From Rhina ancylostomus (lineage: Eukaryota), in the NCBI GenBank assembly GCA_030265395.1, contig JARFYF010000001.1, positions 98,920,984-98,984,983 of the forward strand: DNA of 64,000 bases, written 5' to 3'. The notes below the pieces were generated by a model. That model ran no database searches and was not told where the DNA came from. It was given only the letters and a program-made list of their open reading frames with translations. Shown piece by piece: positions 1 to 13,100 of the stretch (the stretch's first letter is position 1; each line of letters starts with the position of its first letter). The translations under genes were made by a program, and so were the position numbers.

Positions 1-120
1 CATTTAGACCACATCTACTACACTACCCTCATCAATCTTCCTCATCACCTCCTCAAAGAACTCTCAGGCTTGTGAGGCAAGATCTTCCCTTCACAAAGCC
101 ATGCTGGCTGTCCTCGTACT
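1..120 (-). mobile_element. CR1-clade LINE RT fragment
   Basis: Minus translation ...DSQHGFVKGRSCLTSL, a CR1 RT motif. Confidence 0.75.
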
Positions 121-1469
121 TCACTCTTGCAGTCCCAGACTTTGGTTTCATGGAGAGCATGGGAGTTTTCCCTGGTACCCTGGCCCAATATTTACCCTCC
201 ATCAAAAACAAGGAAATTATCAGGTCGTTATCGCTTGATGTAGGCAATTGACTGCTACATTACTTCTTTCACAATTCTGCTGCAACACTGCCTCAGTGCT
301 GCACTGAAAGATGAGCTGAAAAGTTCCAGGAACTTGACCCATCTCTCCCAGATATGAAAGAGCAATCAAATGGGCAACAGCTGCCATGACAATATGTTCC
401 ATGATATCATGCTAAATATCATAATAGGCTAAATATGTATAAACTGAATTGATATGATTTGGCTGTATTTTTCATGGCTGCCCTGTTTGGGAATGATTGT
501 GCTGGAGAATGAACTCAACTCTGCACCATGAGGAATCTGTGTGCAAGATGAGTGTGGTGTCAGAGATCAATCGAAATCAGTGGAAGAGAGACAGCAGTAT
601 GTTCAGGACTAAACATTTGTGTGGAAGTGGGGACATTTCCCTAAACAATCTGGCCTGTTGTAAATGGGCTGTGGGTAGCCTGTTAAATAACAGTTGTTGC
701 CTTCAGTATGGGAAATTGTTTGTACACTGTAAATAGCCATCTTGTGGATTTTTAATGTGAAATTCATTTTTTTATATAAATTAGAAGATAATTTCACTTG
801 TACGAGTCATGGTGTTTCCTCCAATCATCTTCCCTTTCAAAACTACCCTCATCACTCCACTTCTTGATATTCACCTTTGACCCTTCAATCCTCGGAAACT
901 GCTGCTCATCACTAACCCCTTTCCCGTTCCTGTCTCTGAACATGCCCATGTTTCCCAGAATGCTCTGATTGAATCCCTTCAATAAAAGTGCCCAAATCAG
1001 AGTTTCAACTGACATTCTACATAACTATGACCAAGATAAACTGCCGGCTTTTCACCCTGTGTGCAGCCTTGGCAACACCACCGTCTATTACCTCTCTGAC
1101 ATCTTGCTGGGTGGACTGCTCTTGGCTGGTTCACGTTTTATCTATCCATTTTTTCTTGCCAGAGAATTGTTCACAGTTGTTTTCCTTCATGCTCTCACAG
1201 TTTATTTCCAGAGTTTTCCAAATCCTTCTTTCATGTCCTACAAGAGATAGCATGTTATCTGAAAACACAGCATCTGGTTGCACCCACCTCTGAACACTAC
1301 TCTCCCTTCTGTCATCGCAACCTCACTCCCCTGCACTGTCCGATTTGTCACAGTGCTTGACCAACTTCTAGTATTGAATGAACAATAACTGTCTTGGCAA
1401 CTAAGTATTGGGAAGGCCATTCCATTGCTCAATATTTTTGAAATTGTGAGAGATTGTGAGATGTTGATG

Positions 1470-3240
1470 TTCAAAGGGATTTGAGTGTCCTTGTATGGAA
1501 ATTACTCAAAGCTTCCATGTTGGTACAGCAGACAGGAAGGCAAAGAGGATGTTGGGCTTTATTGCTGGACAATTTGAACACAAGGGTAAAGATAGAGTCA
1601 GAGAGCAATACAGCACAGATACAGGCCCTTCGGCCCAGCCAGTCCATGCTGCCCACGGTGCCCACCCAGCTAGTCCANNNNNNNNNNNNNNNNNNNNNNN
1701 NNNNNNNNNNNNNNNNNNNNNNNNNNNNNNNNNNNNNNNNNNNNNNNNNNNNNNNNNNNNNNNNNNNNNNNNNNNNNNNNNNNNNNNNNNNNNNNNNNNN
1801 NNNNNNNNNNNNNNNNNNNNNNNNNNNNNNNNNNNNNNNNNNNNNNNNNNNNNNNNNNNNNNNNNNNNNNNNNNNNNNNNNNNNNNNNNNNNNNNNNNNN
1901 NNNNNNNNNNNNNNNNNNNNNNNNNNNNNNNNNNNNNNNNNNNNNNNNNNNNNNNNNNNNNNNNNNNNNNNNNNNNNNNNNNNNACCGCTCCCTATAACT
2001 TATGCTCTCCAGTCCTGGCAACATCCTCATAAATCTTTTCTGAAGTTTTTCCAGTTTAACCACATCTTTCCTGCAACAGGGTGACCAAAATTGTACACAG
2101 TACTCCAAGTGTGGCCACACCAATGACTTACACAACCGCAACATTATGTCCCAACTCCTGTACTCAATGCCTTACAGATGAAGGTCAGCATGCTAAATGC
2201 CTTTTTCACCACCCTGTCTACCTGTGATGCAGCTTTCAATGAACTATGCACTTGTACTCCTAGGTCCCTCTGTTCCATCACACTCCCTAGTGCCCTACTA
2301 TTCATATGATAGGTCTTATGCTAGTCTGACTTTCCAAAATGCATCACCTCACTTATCTTTATTGAAATCCATTTGCCACTCCTTGGCCCACTTTCATAAC
2401 TAATCAAGATCCCCTTGTAATCTGCAATAAACTTCTTCACTATCAACAATTTTCAGTACCTCCTAATTTTGTGTTATCCACAAACTTGCAGATCAAGCCT
2501 TGTGCATTGGCATCTAAATCATTTATATAAATAACGAATAACAAGGGTCCCAACTCCAACCCGTGGCACACCGTTATTCACCAGCCTCCATTCTGAGAAA
2601 CAGCCTTCAACCACCACCCTCCGCTTCCTACCTCTGAGCCAACCTTGAATCCAAGATGTCTTTTTATAAATATTTAGGACATGGCGAGACCTCACCAAGA
2701 GTACTGTGTACAATTTTGACCTCCTCACCATGAAGGGAAAGGCTTGCTCTTGAGGGAGTACAGCAAAGATTCACATGATTGGTTCTGAGAGGGCAGGTCT
2801 GTTAGCTGAGGAGAGATTGAGTTGGCTAGGCCTATATTCTCTCGAGTTTAGGAAAAAATGAGAAGCAGCTTCAATGAAATGTATAAAATTCTCAGACTCA
2901 GAAAGGTAGATAGAGGGAGGACATTTCTCTTGGCTGTGACGTCTTGAACTTGCGGTCACAGTCTCAAATTAAAGGATGGGCCTTTTTGGATTGAAAGCAG
3001 AAATGTTTTCACAGGGAGGATGGTGAATCACTGGCATTCTCTACCTGAGAGGGCTGTAGAGGCTCTGTTATTGATTTCATTTAAAACTAAGATTGATAGA
3101 TTTCTGGTATTATAGGAATTGAGGGATATTGAGATAGGGTAGGAAAATGATTGAATTAGAAGATCAGTCATGATCTGGTTGAATGGCAGAGCAGGCCCAA
3201 GGGGCTGAATTGCCTACTGCTACTCCCTTTGTTCATGTTC
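1470..3240 (+). mobile_element. Older CR1-clade LINE 3' portion, interrupted by the 1594-2652 element
   Basis: RDLSVLV..KASMLVQQ..RKAKRMLGFIA at 1470-1593 resumes at 2658 with decayed PHLEYCVQF-like sequence; ends in a CR1-type tail (gggctgaattgcctactgctactc). Confidence 0.7.
1594..2652 (-). mobile_element. 5'-truncated CR1-clade LINE (RT C-terminus and 3' tail), spanning an N gap
   Basis: WIQGWLRGRKRRVVVEGCFSEWRLVNNGVP and LVWPHLEYCVQFWSP motifs; 3' tail at about 1596-1677; flanked by AAGAT on both sides. Confidence 0.85.
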
Positions 3241-3311
3241 TCGATTGTCTTCAGCATGGTATTGATGTGCAGCCAAATTGAAGGTGCCCTGCAAGTAAAA
3301 TTTACTGCTGT

Positions 3312-3640
3312 TATAGAGTCAGAGTTATACCGCATGGAAACAGGCCCTTTGGCCCTACTCATCCATGCTGACCAAGATCCCTCCCTGAGCTGGTCCCATT
3401 TGCCTGAATTTGGCTTATCTCCCTCTAAACCTTTCCTATCCATGTACCTGTCCAAATACCTTTTAAATTTTGTAATTGTTCCCACCTCTACCACTTCCTA
3501 TGGCAGCTCATTACACGTGCCCACCACCATCTCTATGGAAAAACTTGACCCGAAGGTCCCCTTGATCTTTCTCCTCTCACCTGAAACCTCTGTCCTCTTG
3601 TTTTACTTCAATCCTGGAAAAAAAGACCATCCGCCTCATA
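3312..3640 (-). mobile_element. CR1-clade LINE 3' end
   Basis: VVEVGTITKFKRYLDRYMDRKGLEG followed by the CR1 3' UTR tail on the minus strand. Confidence 0.8.
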
Positions 3641-4052
3641 TTTCCATCACCCTCACTATTCCCACCATTGAAGCTTTCCTTGCACTGATTACACACCTTT
3701 TGTCGATCTGGTTGTTATCTACTTTATTTTTAATGAATGGGAAATCAAAGGATATTTTCAATTGTTTACAGTAATTTTGCATACATTTAGTCCAAATATT
3801 GTAAAATTATCATTCAGATAAAAAAATAAGTTGAAAATTTTAATACCTTGAAGTGATCTTGATCCATTTGATCTTTCTATCTTCAGGGAGCAGAAGTGAG
3901 GAGTTTTTCTGTTTACATACTGTAGGTTGCCCTTATACTAGGGAAGGAGTGAATTTTATGGATTCTTACTAATATTAAACAAATTTTAATTTACTGCAAC
4001 TTTTTTTTTAGCAGTTCTAATTCTCTAAAAGTAAGCAGATAAATTTTTAAAA

Positions 4053-4127
4053 ATGGAAGCTGTACCACAAGGAAAGAAAATGGTTGCACCCACCGTGTCT
4101 CAGATAAATGCTGAATATGTCACTCAG
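4053..4127 (+). CDS. AQR: AQR coding exon 1
   Basis: aaaATGG Kozak context, in-frame upstream TAA at 4032; [25 protein letters not shown]; donor GTAAGG. Confidence 0.93.
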
Positions 4128-7100
4128 GTAAGGAGTGTGAGATGTGCAAAACATAGTCTAGATTGTGTAGGCCTTTTCAGGATTTAATGATTGAAAACAA
4201 TTAGACCTTTTCCATCACGGATTCATTCAATAGCGGTCTTTTTGAACGTGTGGCAGAACTGTGGCCCAGAATTGTATCGTGTAGAGCAAAATTTATGGGT
4301 GTTGTACACACAATTTCAAAAAAGCAAGTATAATGGAAAATCAAGAACTTGCTATCAGGCATGTGAATTCTAGGATTTTTGATCCAGGTATTCAATGCGC
4401 CAGCATGTAGAGATGTGCACTGTGCCATCCAATGCATGTCATTCATCTATGTCTGACACACCACGTGGGCCTTTCCTGCAGGAGCAGATGCTTGTCAGAC
4501 CTCCTTGTCATTACTAAATAAGAGGAACCTGCTTGAACATGGGTCATGAAATTTGCCAATGGGTACTTGCCTCATGAANNNNNNNNNNNNNNNNNNNNNN
4601 NNNNNNNNNNNNNNNNNNNNNNNNNNNNNNNNNNNNNNNNNNNNNNNNNNNNNNNNNNNNNNNNNNNNNNNNNNNNNNNNNNNNNNNNNNNNNNNNNNNN
4701 NNNNNNNNNNNNNNNNNNNNNNNNNNNNNNNNNNNNNNNNNNNNNNNNNNNNNNNNNNNNNNNNNNNNNNNNNNNNNNNNNNNNNNNNNNNNNNNNNNNN
4801 NNNNNNNNNNNNNNNNNNNNNNNNNNNNNNNNNNNNNNNNNNNNNNNNNNNNNNNNNNNNNNNNNNNNNNNNNNNNNNNNNNNNNNNNNNNNNNNNNNNN
4901 NNNNNNNNNNNNNNNNNNNNNNNNNNNNNNNNNNNNNNNNNNNNNNNNNNNNNNNNNNNNNNNNNNNNNNNNNNNNNNNNNNNNNNNNNNNNNNNNNNNN
5001 NNNNNNNNNNNNNNNNNNNNNNNNNNNNNNNNNNNNNNNNNNNNNNNNNNNNNNNNNNNNNNNNNNNNNNNNNNNNNNNNNNNNNNNNNNNNNNNNNNNN
5101 NNNNNNNNNNNNNNGATTAACTTAGTGCATTGCTGACTGACCTTATAGTGAAAGGCATGCTAAAAACTTGCATATTTCTATCAAACCAGTTTGCACTAAA
5201 CAGTGCTTTGGATGTGTTTATAATATTTTCATACCTTTGTATTTTCAGTTATCAAATAGATATTGGGCGCCTCATGTGAAGAAAAAAATGACATTTGATT
5301 CCAAGGTATATCAAGTTTCTTCACTTATGTTCCAAAAACATGCATCAGAATGTTTTGAAATGGGATAGCACCAACAAACTAGAAGATTTGTTACTACTGA
5401 TTCATGACCAACAGAATGTGGAAAAACTCGTGTTTATATTTGTGCAGTGTTAGTTAATTGGAAATTGTTGTAGATTGTTACAGTGAAACTCCAATAATCT
5501 GGCACCCTCGGGATTTTGGTAGACTTGCAGATTTTCCCAACTATTGAAGGTTTCTCCCATTAATAGCCAAAAGCACTTGCATTTAACTTTTTCACATGTT
5601 AATCGGTAGTAAAGTGGATTTTCCAGTGAGGCCAGTGGGTTTGAAAGGAATGGGAAATATACAATTGCTCCAGACACCAGCTCTGGCTGCAAACCTACTT
5701 ATGTTACTGATCCCTGATGTTCCAAACCCCAACCCTGGCTTTGGCTACTCACTTGGCCCACATTCCATATCCCGGCACTGACTGCACTTCAGACCCCTGA
5801 CATTGGCCATCTCCTCCCCTCTCTCTCCCCCTCCCCATCTCCTCCCCTTGCTCACATTCTGGACAAATGAGTGCACCAGATACTGAATCATCAAGCTCTG
5901 GAACAATCTGTGTTTTACTCTCATAAGTAATCCAACAGAAGCACAACCACCTTTCTACTGCACTATTTGTATTTTAAATCTGGCTGGACTACCTGGCAAC
6001 TGACCTGTTCACTCAGTTAATTTTTCTGAACTAGTCTCAACCAATGAAGTTTTTATAGTGAGAGATTGGAAATACATCAGCTCATTCTTGTGCTTTTCCC
6101 TTTTTCCTCTGTTGCAAAAGGTCATTGAAGATGTGTATCAGAAAGAAATTGTAAAGACAAAGTAAGTTTTATCTTTTTTTGTGTGAAATGTCTTTTTTGT
6201 GCAATTTGTATATTATTTTATATTTTAAAAACTTCAAAATCTAAAAGCACATTTCATCATGTCACAAAACCACATTTCACAATGGCCAAATTGTTGCTTT
6301 TAGCAGAATAAAGGGCCAGATTTTGCTGGCTGTCTATGAGCATTCAGCCATCCTTACAGAAATAAGTCCCAGTGTAATGTACACTGCTAAAAGTTCTAGA
6401 TTCCACCCAGACTTGTACTGGGAAATCACTAGTCAGAACTTGCACTGCATCAAATGTAGTGTGAGATCTGAGACCCTATTCATTTGAATGGGGATTCTTG
6501 GCTTGAGATTCTGAAGAAAAAGGTTATTATTTAAAGTGTTGGACTTTAGTTCAATGTTTTGGATGTGTTCCTAATAAAGTTGTTTTTCTTAATTTTTATT
6601 TACATTAATTTAAATTTTTAAGTGTGTATGAATGTCAGAAAAGGGAGCAGGGCATTNNNNNNNNNNNNNNNNNNNNNNNNNNNNNNNNNNNNNNNNNNNN
6701 NNNNNNNNNNNNNNNNNNNNNNNNNNNNNNNNNNNNNNNNNNNNNNNNNNNNNNNNTTTTTAAGTGTGTATGAATGTCAGAAAAGGGATCAGGGCATTAA
6801 CTCCCCACTTCTGCTTCGGGTGAGAACAGCAGGCAGGAGCCATGGACAGCAAATCCTGGTAGGTCGGGGCCAGGAAGATCTGTCCCCATGTTTTTAACAG
6901 GGGAAAATGATCTGTTTTCCTGTTCTGTCAAGTGGTCCATTTTAAATACAGCGCTGGAAATGTTCAGCAGGTCTGGTCTCTGTACTGAGAGAAACAGTCA
7001 CAGCTTGAGGATCTTTTATCAGAATATTTCTTTCAGGTTTCCATAATCTTGCAGTATGATGCTTTTATTTGTTTTGTACCATGGGTCCCCCTATGAACAA

Positions 7101-10100
7101 TAAGTTTGATAGAAATTAAAATGAATATGCACATTTTACTTAATTAACAGGGCAAGATGGGGTAAGGGAGTGAATTGATGTCGCCAAGCAACCATAAGAC
7201 AAGTGTAGCAGCGTGCACCTAGGCCAAGGCAGCAAAACACACCACTCATTCTTTCAATTTCAAATTAAATTAAGAATAGAAATTTAAGACTGAATGCATA
7301 CATCTTACCTTTCATGAAATCCAGTTTTTTGCATTGAAAAGCCAAATTAAAATATGTTCTGTTTTCTAACCATTTAAAAATTTTTTGAACAGTATTAATC
7401 TTTTGAAGTGAAGTTTAATTCAGTACTATTTGAATTTGAAGAGAAAAGAAATTAAGGATTTAATTGACTTTATTCTTCACTACTTAGCCTTTCATATGTT
7501 CAAAGAAGATAAATGAAATGTTCCTTTTGGTGCTCGGAGAATATGAATCTGAGACTTTGTAAAACATCTCATTAATCATGAGAGTGGGGCTAAAGCAGCA
7601 TGTTTTTTAATCATAAATTTCTAGAAATAACAATTCAATGTTTGTTTCTTTTTTCAGATTTGCAATTAGAAAAATTATGCTGCTTGAATTCAGGTAATTG
7701 TATTTGATATTTTTACTTTTTCAAGTAGTTAACATGTTTGCCCCATTTTTAAAACTCTTTAATCAATGTTAAGCTTCCAATTTACCTTGTGTGTTTTTTC
7801 TCCTGCAAAATGGACAGCCAGTATCTAGAGAACTATCTGTGGCCAAATTACTCCTCAGCTGTATCCAGTAATGCCTACCTAATGTCCATTTGCTGTATGG
7901 TAAATGAAAAGTTTCGAGAAAATGTTCCTGCATGGGAGGTAAGAGGCATTTTATTATCTGTTTGTAGAGATCAGTGTTGCTGCCTATCCTTCTGTTAAAA
8001 CGTGTGATCATAGTTGAATTCCAAAGGTCTGCAATCTCACGCTGTTGCACCAAGGAGTGACCGTGTGAAGATGTCTGGCTATGATTTTGCAAAAAGCAAA
8101 CAGCTGGTTCCTTTTCAAATAGTTGCAGGCAGACACTCTTCAACGATTTTCGCTCCCATATTGAAAATAAATAAAACCGCAGGACTAATAAATAGCTTGG
8201 TGTTAGTAGTGCATTATCAGTTACTGGAAGAACACTCACTTATCTTTATTTGAGAACAAGATAAAGAGGGAACTTCACTGATTCCCAGCTCACCTGACAT
8301 TTCATGTTGAGCAGCTGTGAATAAAGGCTTGGAACCCATGGAGCAGCATATACTGTATTCTAAAGGCACTCGTCAAGGTGAAATGCCTGCTCTGTAACTA
8401 TATTGCATATGCATTGTAGGAAACAGCTTCTCTTTATGCACTTAACATTTGAACATGTTTGGATTGAATGTTCCTTTTCTCAGTAAATATTAAATGTACA
8501 CATCACCTTTGTTTTGCAAATGGGATAATATATTGAATTTTAAATTAACTTACAAAAGGTTGTGCTGGGTGAAGAAGTTTCTACCTCCAGTGCTATATTT
8601 ATATTCATTTGATATCGTTTACATGGTTACGCCTCTAACTTTGACTTTAAGAAACATCTGCATCTTTTTTAACTTTAGACGTTTACACAGAAGCCCGAAC
8701 ACTTTCCCTACTTCTTCAAGTGTATTTTGACTGCATCTCTTGCTGAAGGAAGTAATCTTACACTGCGCGAGCAAACTGTTTTGTTGGTCTTTCTTGATCA
8801 CTGCTTCAACAGCTTGGTAAGTTTGAATATAAAACATTGAAATTACTAAGATCATCTTTTCCTGTTACATCTTTGCTCCTTGGATTTCTGTAATTTTTAA
8901 GTGAGTATGGGCACTTTGATATGGAACAGATATTATTCATTTACAGCACAGTAATTGGCCTAATTGTACACAGAAAACAGTGCTTGGTTCTGGTATTTTT
9001 CAAGTTGTGTAAACAGTATTCTTAACTATAATTTGTGTACAGCAAAGATGAGACATTGTGTATACCTAAAACCGAGACAATTATAGTGTACTTAAAACCC
9101 ACAAATAAGACTTTTTGACCAGTTTCCAATCTCTTTTGAAGATCAGGCTGTTTCAACTGTTATCTTTCTTTGCTTGAGCAAATGAATAATTCTGTCTAGG
9201 CTTTCTACACTAGCCTGGAAATTTGCACTTTTGTCACTGGTATGAAAATAGGAAATTATGGAAGTATTCAGCTCAGACATCAGGTCCATGATCATTTACC
9301 AGAACTGGAAAAAAAATCAGAGAAAAGGGAAGATGCACTGAAAGGCAGGGGAGATTAAATGGCAAGGGATGTTAGTGAAAAACAAATGCAATGAGACATG
9401 TAAAGAAATGAATGAAGGATCTAGAGTTGCCATAAATGGGAACAGCAGAATTTAACTGAAATTATTGAATGGTATGACGAGGCCACTCCTAAACATTAAA
9501 ACTGTACACGGTTAACCACTCTTCTTCGGCTTCATTACTCCCACTGATTTGCAATCATCATGTGATGTATTAAACTCTATTCTTTATACCTTAGAAATGA
9601 TTGCTCCAAGTTATGAGAAAGTTTAACTTTAAGTTCTTAAATTACCAAGATGTCCAATGTGCAGTTTTGCAGGATGTCCAGTTTTTTGCATTGGGATTTC
9701 AGTAAGATTTTAAAGGAAGAGAATATGGATAAAAGAGAAGTTGGGTCACCCAACATTTGATTAAAAGTTAACTAATTTACTTTTTTCCACTCGGTGTATT
9801 GTGATTCAATGATTTGAATTCTGATTTCATGTGTCTTTTGTGAATTTTGAATTCTGTTTCGTCTGTAAGAAGGCTTTTTTATAATCAGTAATAGTTGTAA
9901 GTTTGTTGAATGCAATTTTGTAAAGCAGTGTTGAAAAAAATTCATTGTTTTTCGACCTTTGTTCACAACATGCAGTTTTGAGTCTGGATGATACCATACT
10001 GCACCATTAGGGGGCCTCAGCTGAGCATGTTAGCTTTACTTCAAATGCAGGTGTAATATTTTGGAGACACAAATTGAGAATCATGTCAATTATCACCTTA

Positions 10101-13100
10101 GGTGATGTAAAAACATTTAGAGAAAATATTTTGCGAAGATTTCCATTCTCTGATATCAACTAAACATTTTTTATATGTGGAAAGTCTTGTTATATAATAA
10201 AATCTGAGTTCTAAAGGAGACATTGCATTGATAAGATTAGGACAAGCTTGTTTCCCGTTCTTATTTCATAGTATGTTTTGGGGGGGTTGGAATCGTAATA
10301 TTGTTGTAGACAATATTTATTTTACAATGAAATTTTCTGTACAGCATTGTTTCTATCGTTGCCAATCACACTGTGAGCATGATTTCAGCCTGTGAAATAA
10401 CTTGATATCTTCTAACAGGAAGTGGATCTAATTCGAGAGCAGGTGCAACGTCTTATTTCCCTCCCAATGTGGATCTGTTTGCTCTCGGTAAGTTCTGTGA
10501 CCATTCACAAGTCTCCATGAAAGTATTAATGCATGTTTGTGGTAATCATTTTTGTTGAGAAGTCGTACTGATCTACATTTATTATCCTTCAGTAAATACT
10601 GCTTGATATTTTCAAGCATGGTTAGATAATTATGGGTTTATTTATAAAATTTGGGTCTAGAGCAATTTCCTGACCAGGGTAACACTAAGCTGCCTTTTAA
10701 TGTTTAATCTGTTTTGTAACTAGTCACGCCTTGAACATGAACTGAAAAAGACACCAAAGCTGAGGAAATTCTGGAATATGATCAAAAAAAAGGAAGAGAA
10801 AATGGATGAAAAAGCTACAGAACAGTATGTATTGTAGTCACCAGCTGTTGGGTTGTTTATATTTTATAATTCTTGTGATCTCCATTGCACTTGTCTGTTA
10901 ATTCAAACTGCTTAACATAAATTTGGATACTATATTTTCACATTGCATTTACATCACTGAGCTTACTTTCAAGTTTTTTAAAGTAGAAAAGTTTGTTTTT
11001 AGAACATGCAGCTTTGTGAAGTCACCATTTGCAGTGCCACAAGTATACCAACAATATCTTTGTTTCTTAACCAAAAGGGCAGATCAAGAAAAACGATTCC
11101 TCTCTTGTCTGATCAGCAAATTCCTTCAAGTTTTAAAAAGTATTCCTCTTTCAGGTAATTATTCATGCACCTTTGTTTTTACCTCTCCTATTTTCGTTTC
11201 CCTTAAAATATTAATCAAGTGCACAAATTATAATTTTCATTGTTGAAAATGTGTTGCAGTTGTGGTTTTGGTGTAGTAGTGCTGAAATTTGGGGCACAGT
11301 TCATATGGACAATTAATTGTGATGAAATCGGCTAATGGTAGAAAAAGTGCCTGACCCCAAAATGGTGCACGTCTGCCGATGATGGAATCATTACAGTGCA
11401 ATAAACTTTTCCTATCTGGCATGTTCAACATCAGATTTATTTTGTTAATGGGATTTCCTGTAACCTAGGCTTTTGGATAAAGCGTAATTATCAGCTAGAA
11501 ATTGCTAAGAAAAGCAGGCAGTCACTGCGAATCTTTCTGGTTGAACTCTGACAGAGTGTTCCAGGCTGTGCTCTGATTTGGACTCAGCATGGATACCTTG
11601 TTGCAATTCCCCAGCAATTACACTGGGAGATCTTCATGCTGAACCTGAGCTAGGTTAGAGCTGGCACAAGAGCAGGATACCCATTTACTTGAATGAAAAA
11701 GAAAGGTTACAAGAAAGAAGGGCATGCATCAGATAATTTACAATGTTAAAAATTTACCAATAATTTCATGTCTTTTTGATTTTGGGTGGATTTATGTGCT
11801 ATTTTTAAACTTTAACCTTAAAAAATTTTCATTGTTTAATTGGTTTTCAATTGCTTTTAATTTTTTTTCTGAATGTCAGGGACTTTCAGAAGCAGTTAAA
11901 ACCTTTGAGAGTCATCAGGGATTGTGGTTTTGTCAGCTGTTGATTTCTTTCCTGCTACATTATGAGTTGGGCGCATTCTCTTTTCCTCACCCACTCATGT
12001 TGGCCTTGCAGTTCTGAATCCAGGCTCTTTTGGGCAGCAGTTCAACATGGGTGGATATGAAAACTTAAGTCCACACTTGAGATGTATATCAGCAGCAAGT
12101 CCATTTGGTTGTTGAAGGTAGTAAGTTCTGGCCTGCTATTTTAGAACAGAATTAAGTTTTTAATGTGTTGGAAACTTCAAATCTTTTTGTTTTTTGAGTG
12201 GATTTGTGTGATTCAGTTTTAAAACTTTTAGCTTAAAGTTTTTCATTGGTTGTCAGTGGCTTTTGAATTTTTCTGATATTAAAATTTTTTATTCTTATAC
12301 AAATTTAGATTGTAGCTTTGCTTGAAAAATGGAAGGATAATATTTTTGTATTGGTGTTAGATCTAAAATTTAACATAACATGTTGAATCCTTTCGGCCCA
12401 CAAAACCACTGCCAACACCAGTTCCTCAACTGCAGCTATCAACTATGACCTCTTTTCTCTCCCCCTTCTTCATGTGCAGTGGTACAATAATATGCTTTAG
12501 ATGTCACCTGGTGAAAAACACTGAACATAATAATTCTCATTCTGCATCTGGTGGCAACAGTTGCTTTTTGCCCACATTGAAGCCCTTTTTTTAATCAATT
12601 TGAAGCTTCACTTAAATTCTATCTCTGAGCTTCTCTGTTCCAATGGAAACAGTTTATTTCCCTGCATTTCAGAACTGGAATATATCATTCCTGCTCTCAT
12701 TTTAGTGAATCTTCACTGTTGTCTTTGCCTGGCTGTGATATCCTTAGATGTCTAGAATGTCAAATGATATTCCAACTGCTCATTGTCCAAATTCAGCAAA
12801 CTTTTATTTTTATTTTTCACATTTTCAGATATATGGGATCAATAACTCAGTTTCTCTTTTATGCATCCCACTTTTAAAGATTCATTATTTGTGACAGCTT
12901 TTATTGAAGCTTATTCAACCTCATGACTTTCATTTGTTATCACTCACTTTCAGAAACTAATCTTACGTTGAAGATCTTGAGCATTTCATTTTTCATTATT
13001 TGTGATTTTAATTTTTTTATTTATGCTACTCTTCTCCCACCTCCCCTCAAGCTCCAATTAAACGTCCACGCACACAATTTTTTTTTGGTATGAGGCTGCT

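Noticed and set aside
1481-5136. Long ORFs containing X runs (e.g. 1481-2032, 4546-5136)
   Set aside because: Their length comes from N gaps that contain no stop codons.
6617-6798. Direct repeats flanking 100-N gaps (also about 15963-16192, 39743-39866, 44288-44451 and 59823-59942)
   Set aside because: The same sequence ends one contig and starts the next around fixed-size gaps, which indicates overlapping contig ends or haplotypes rather than biological repeats.
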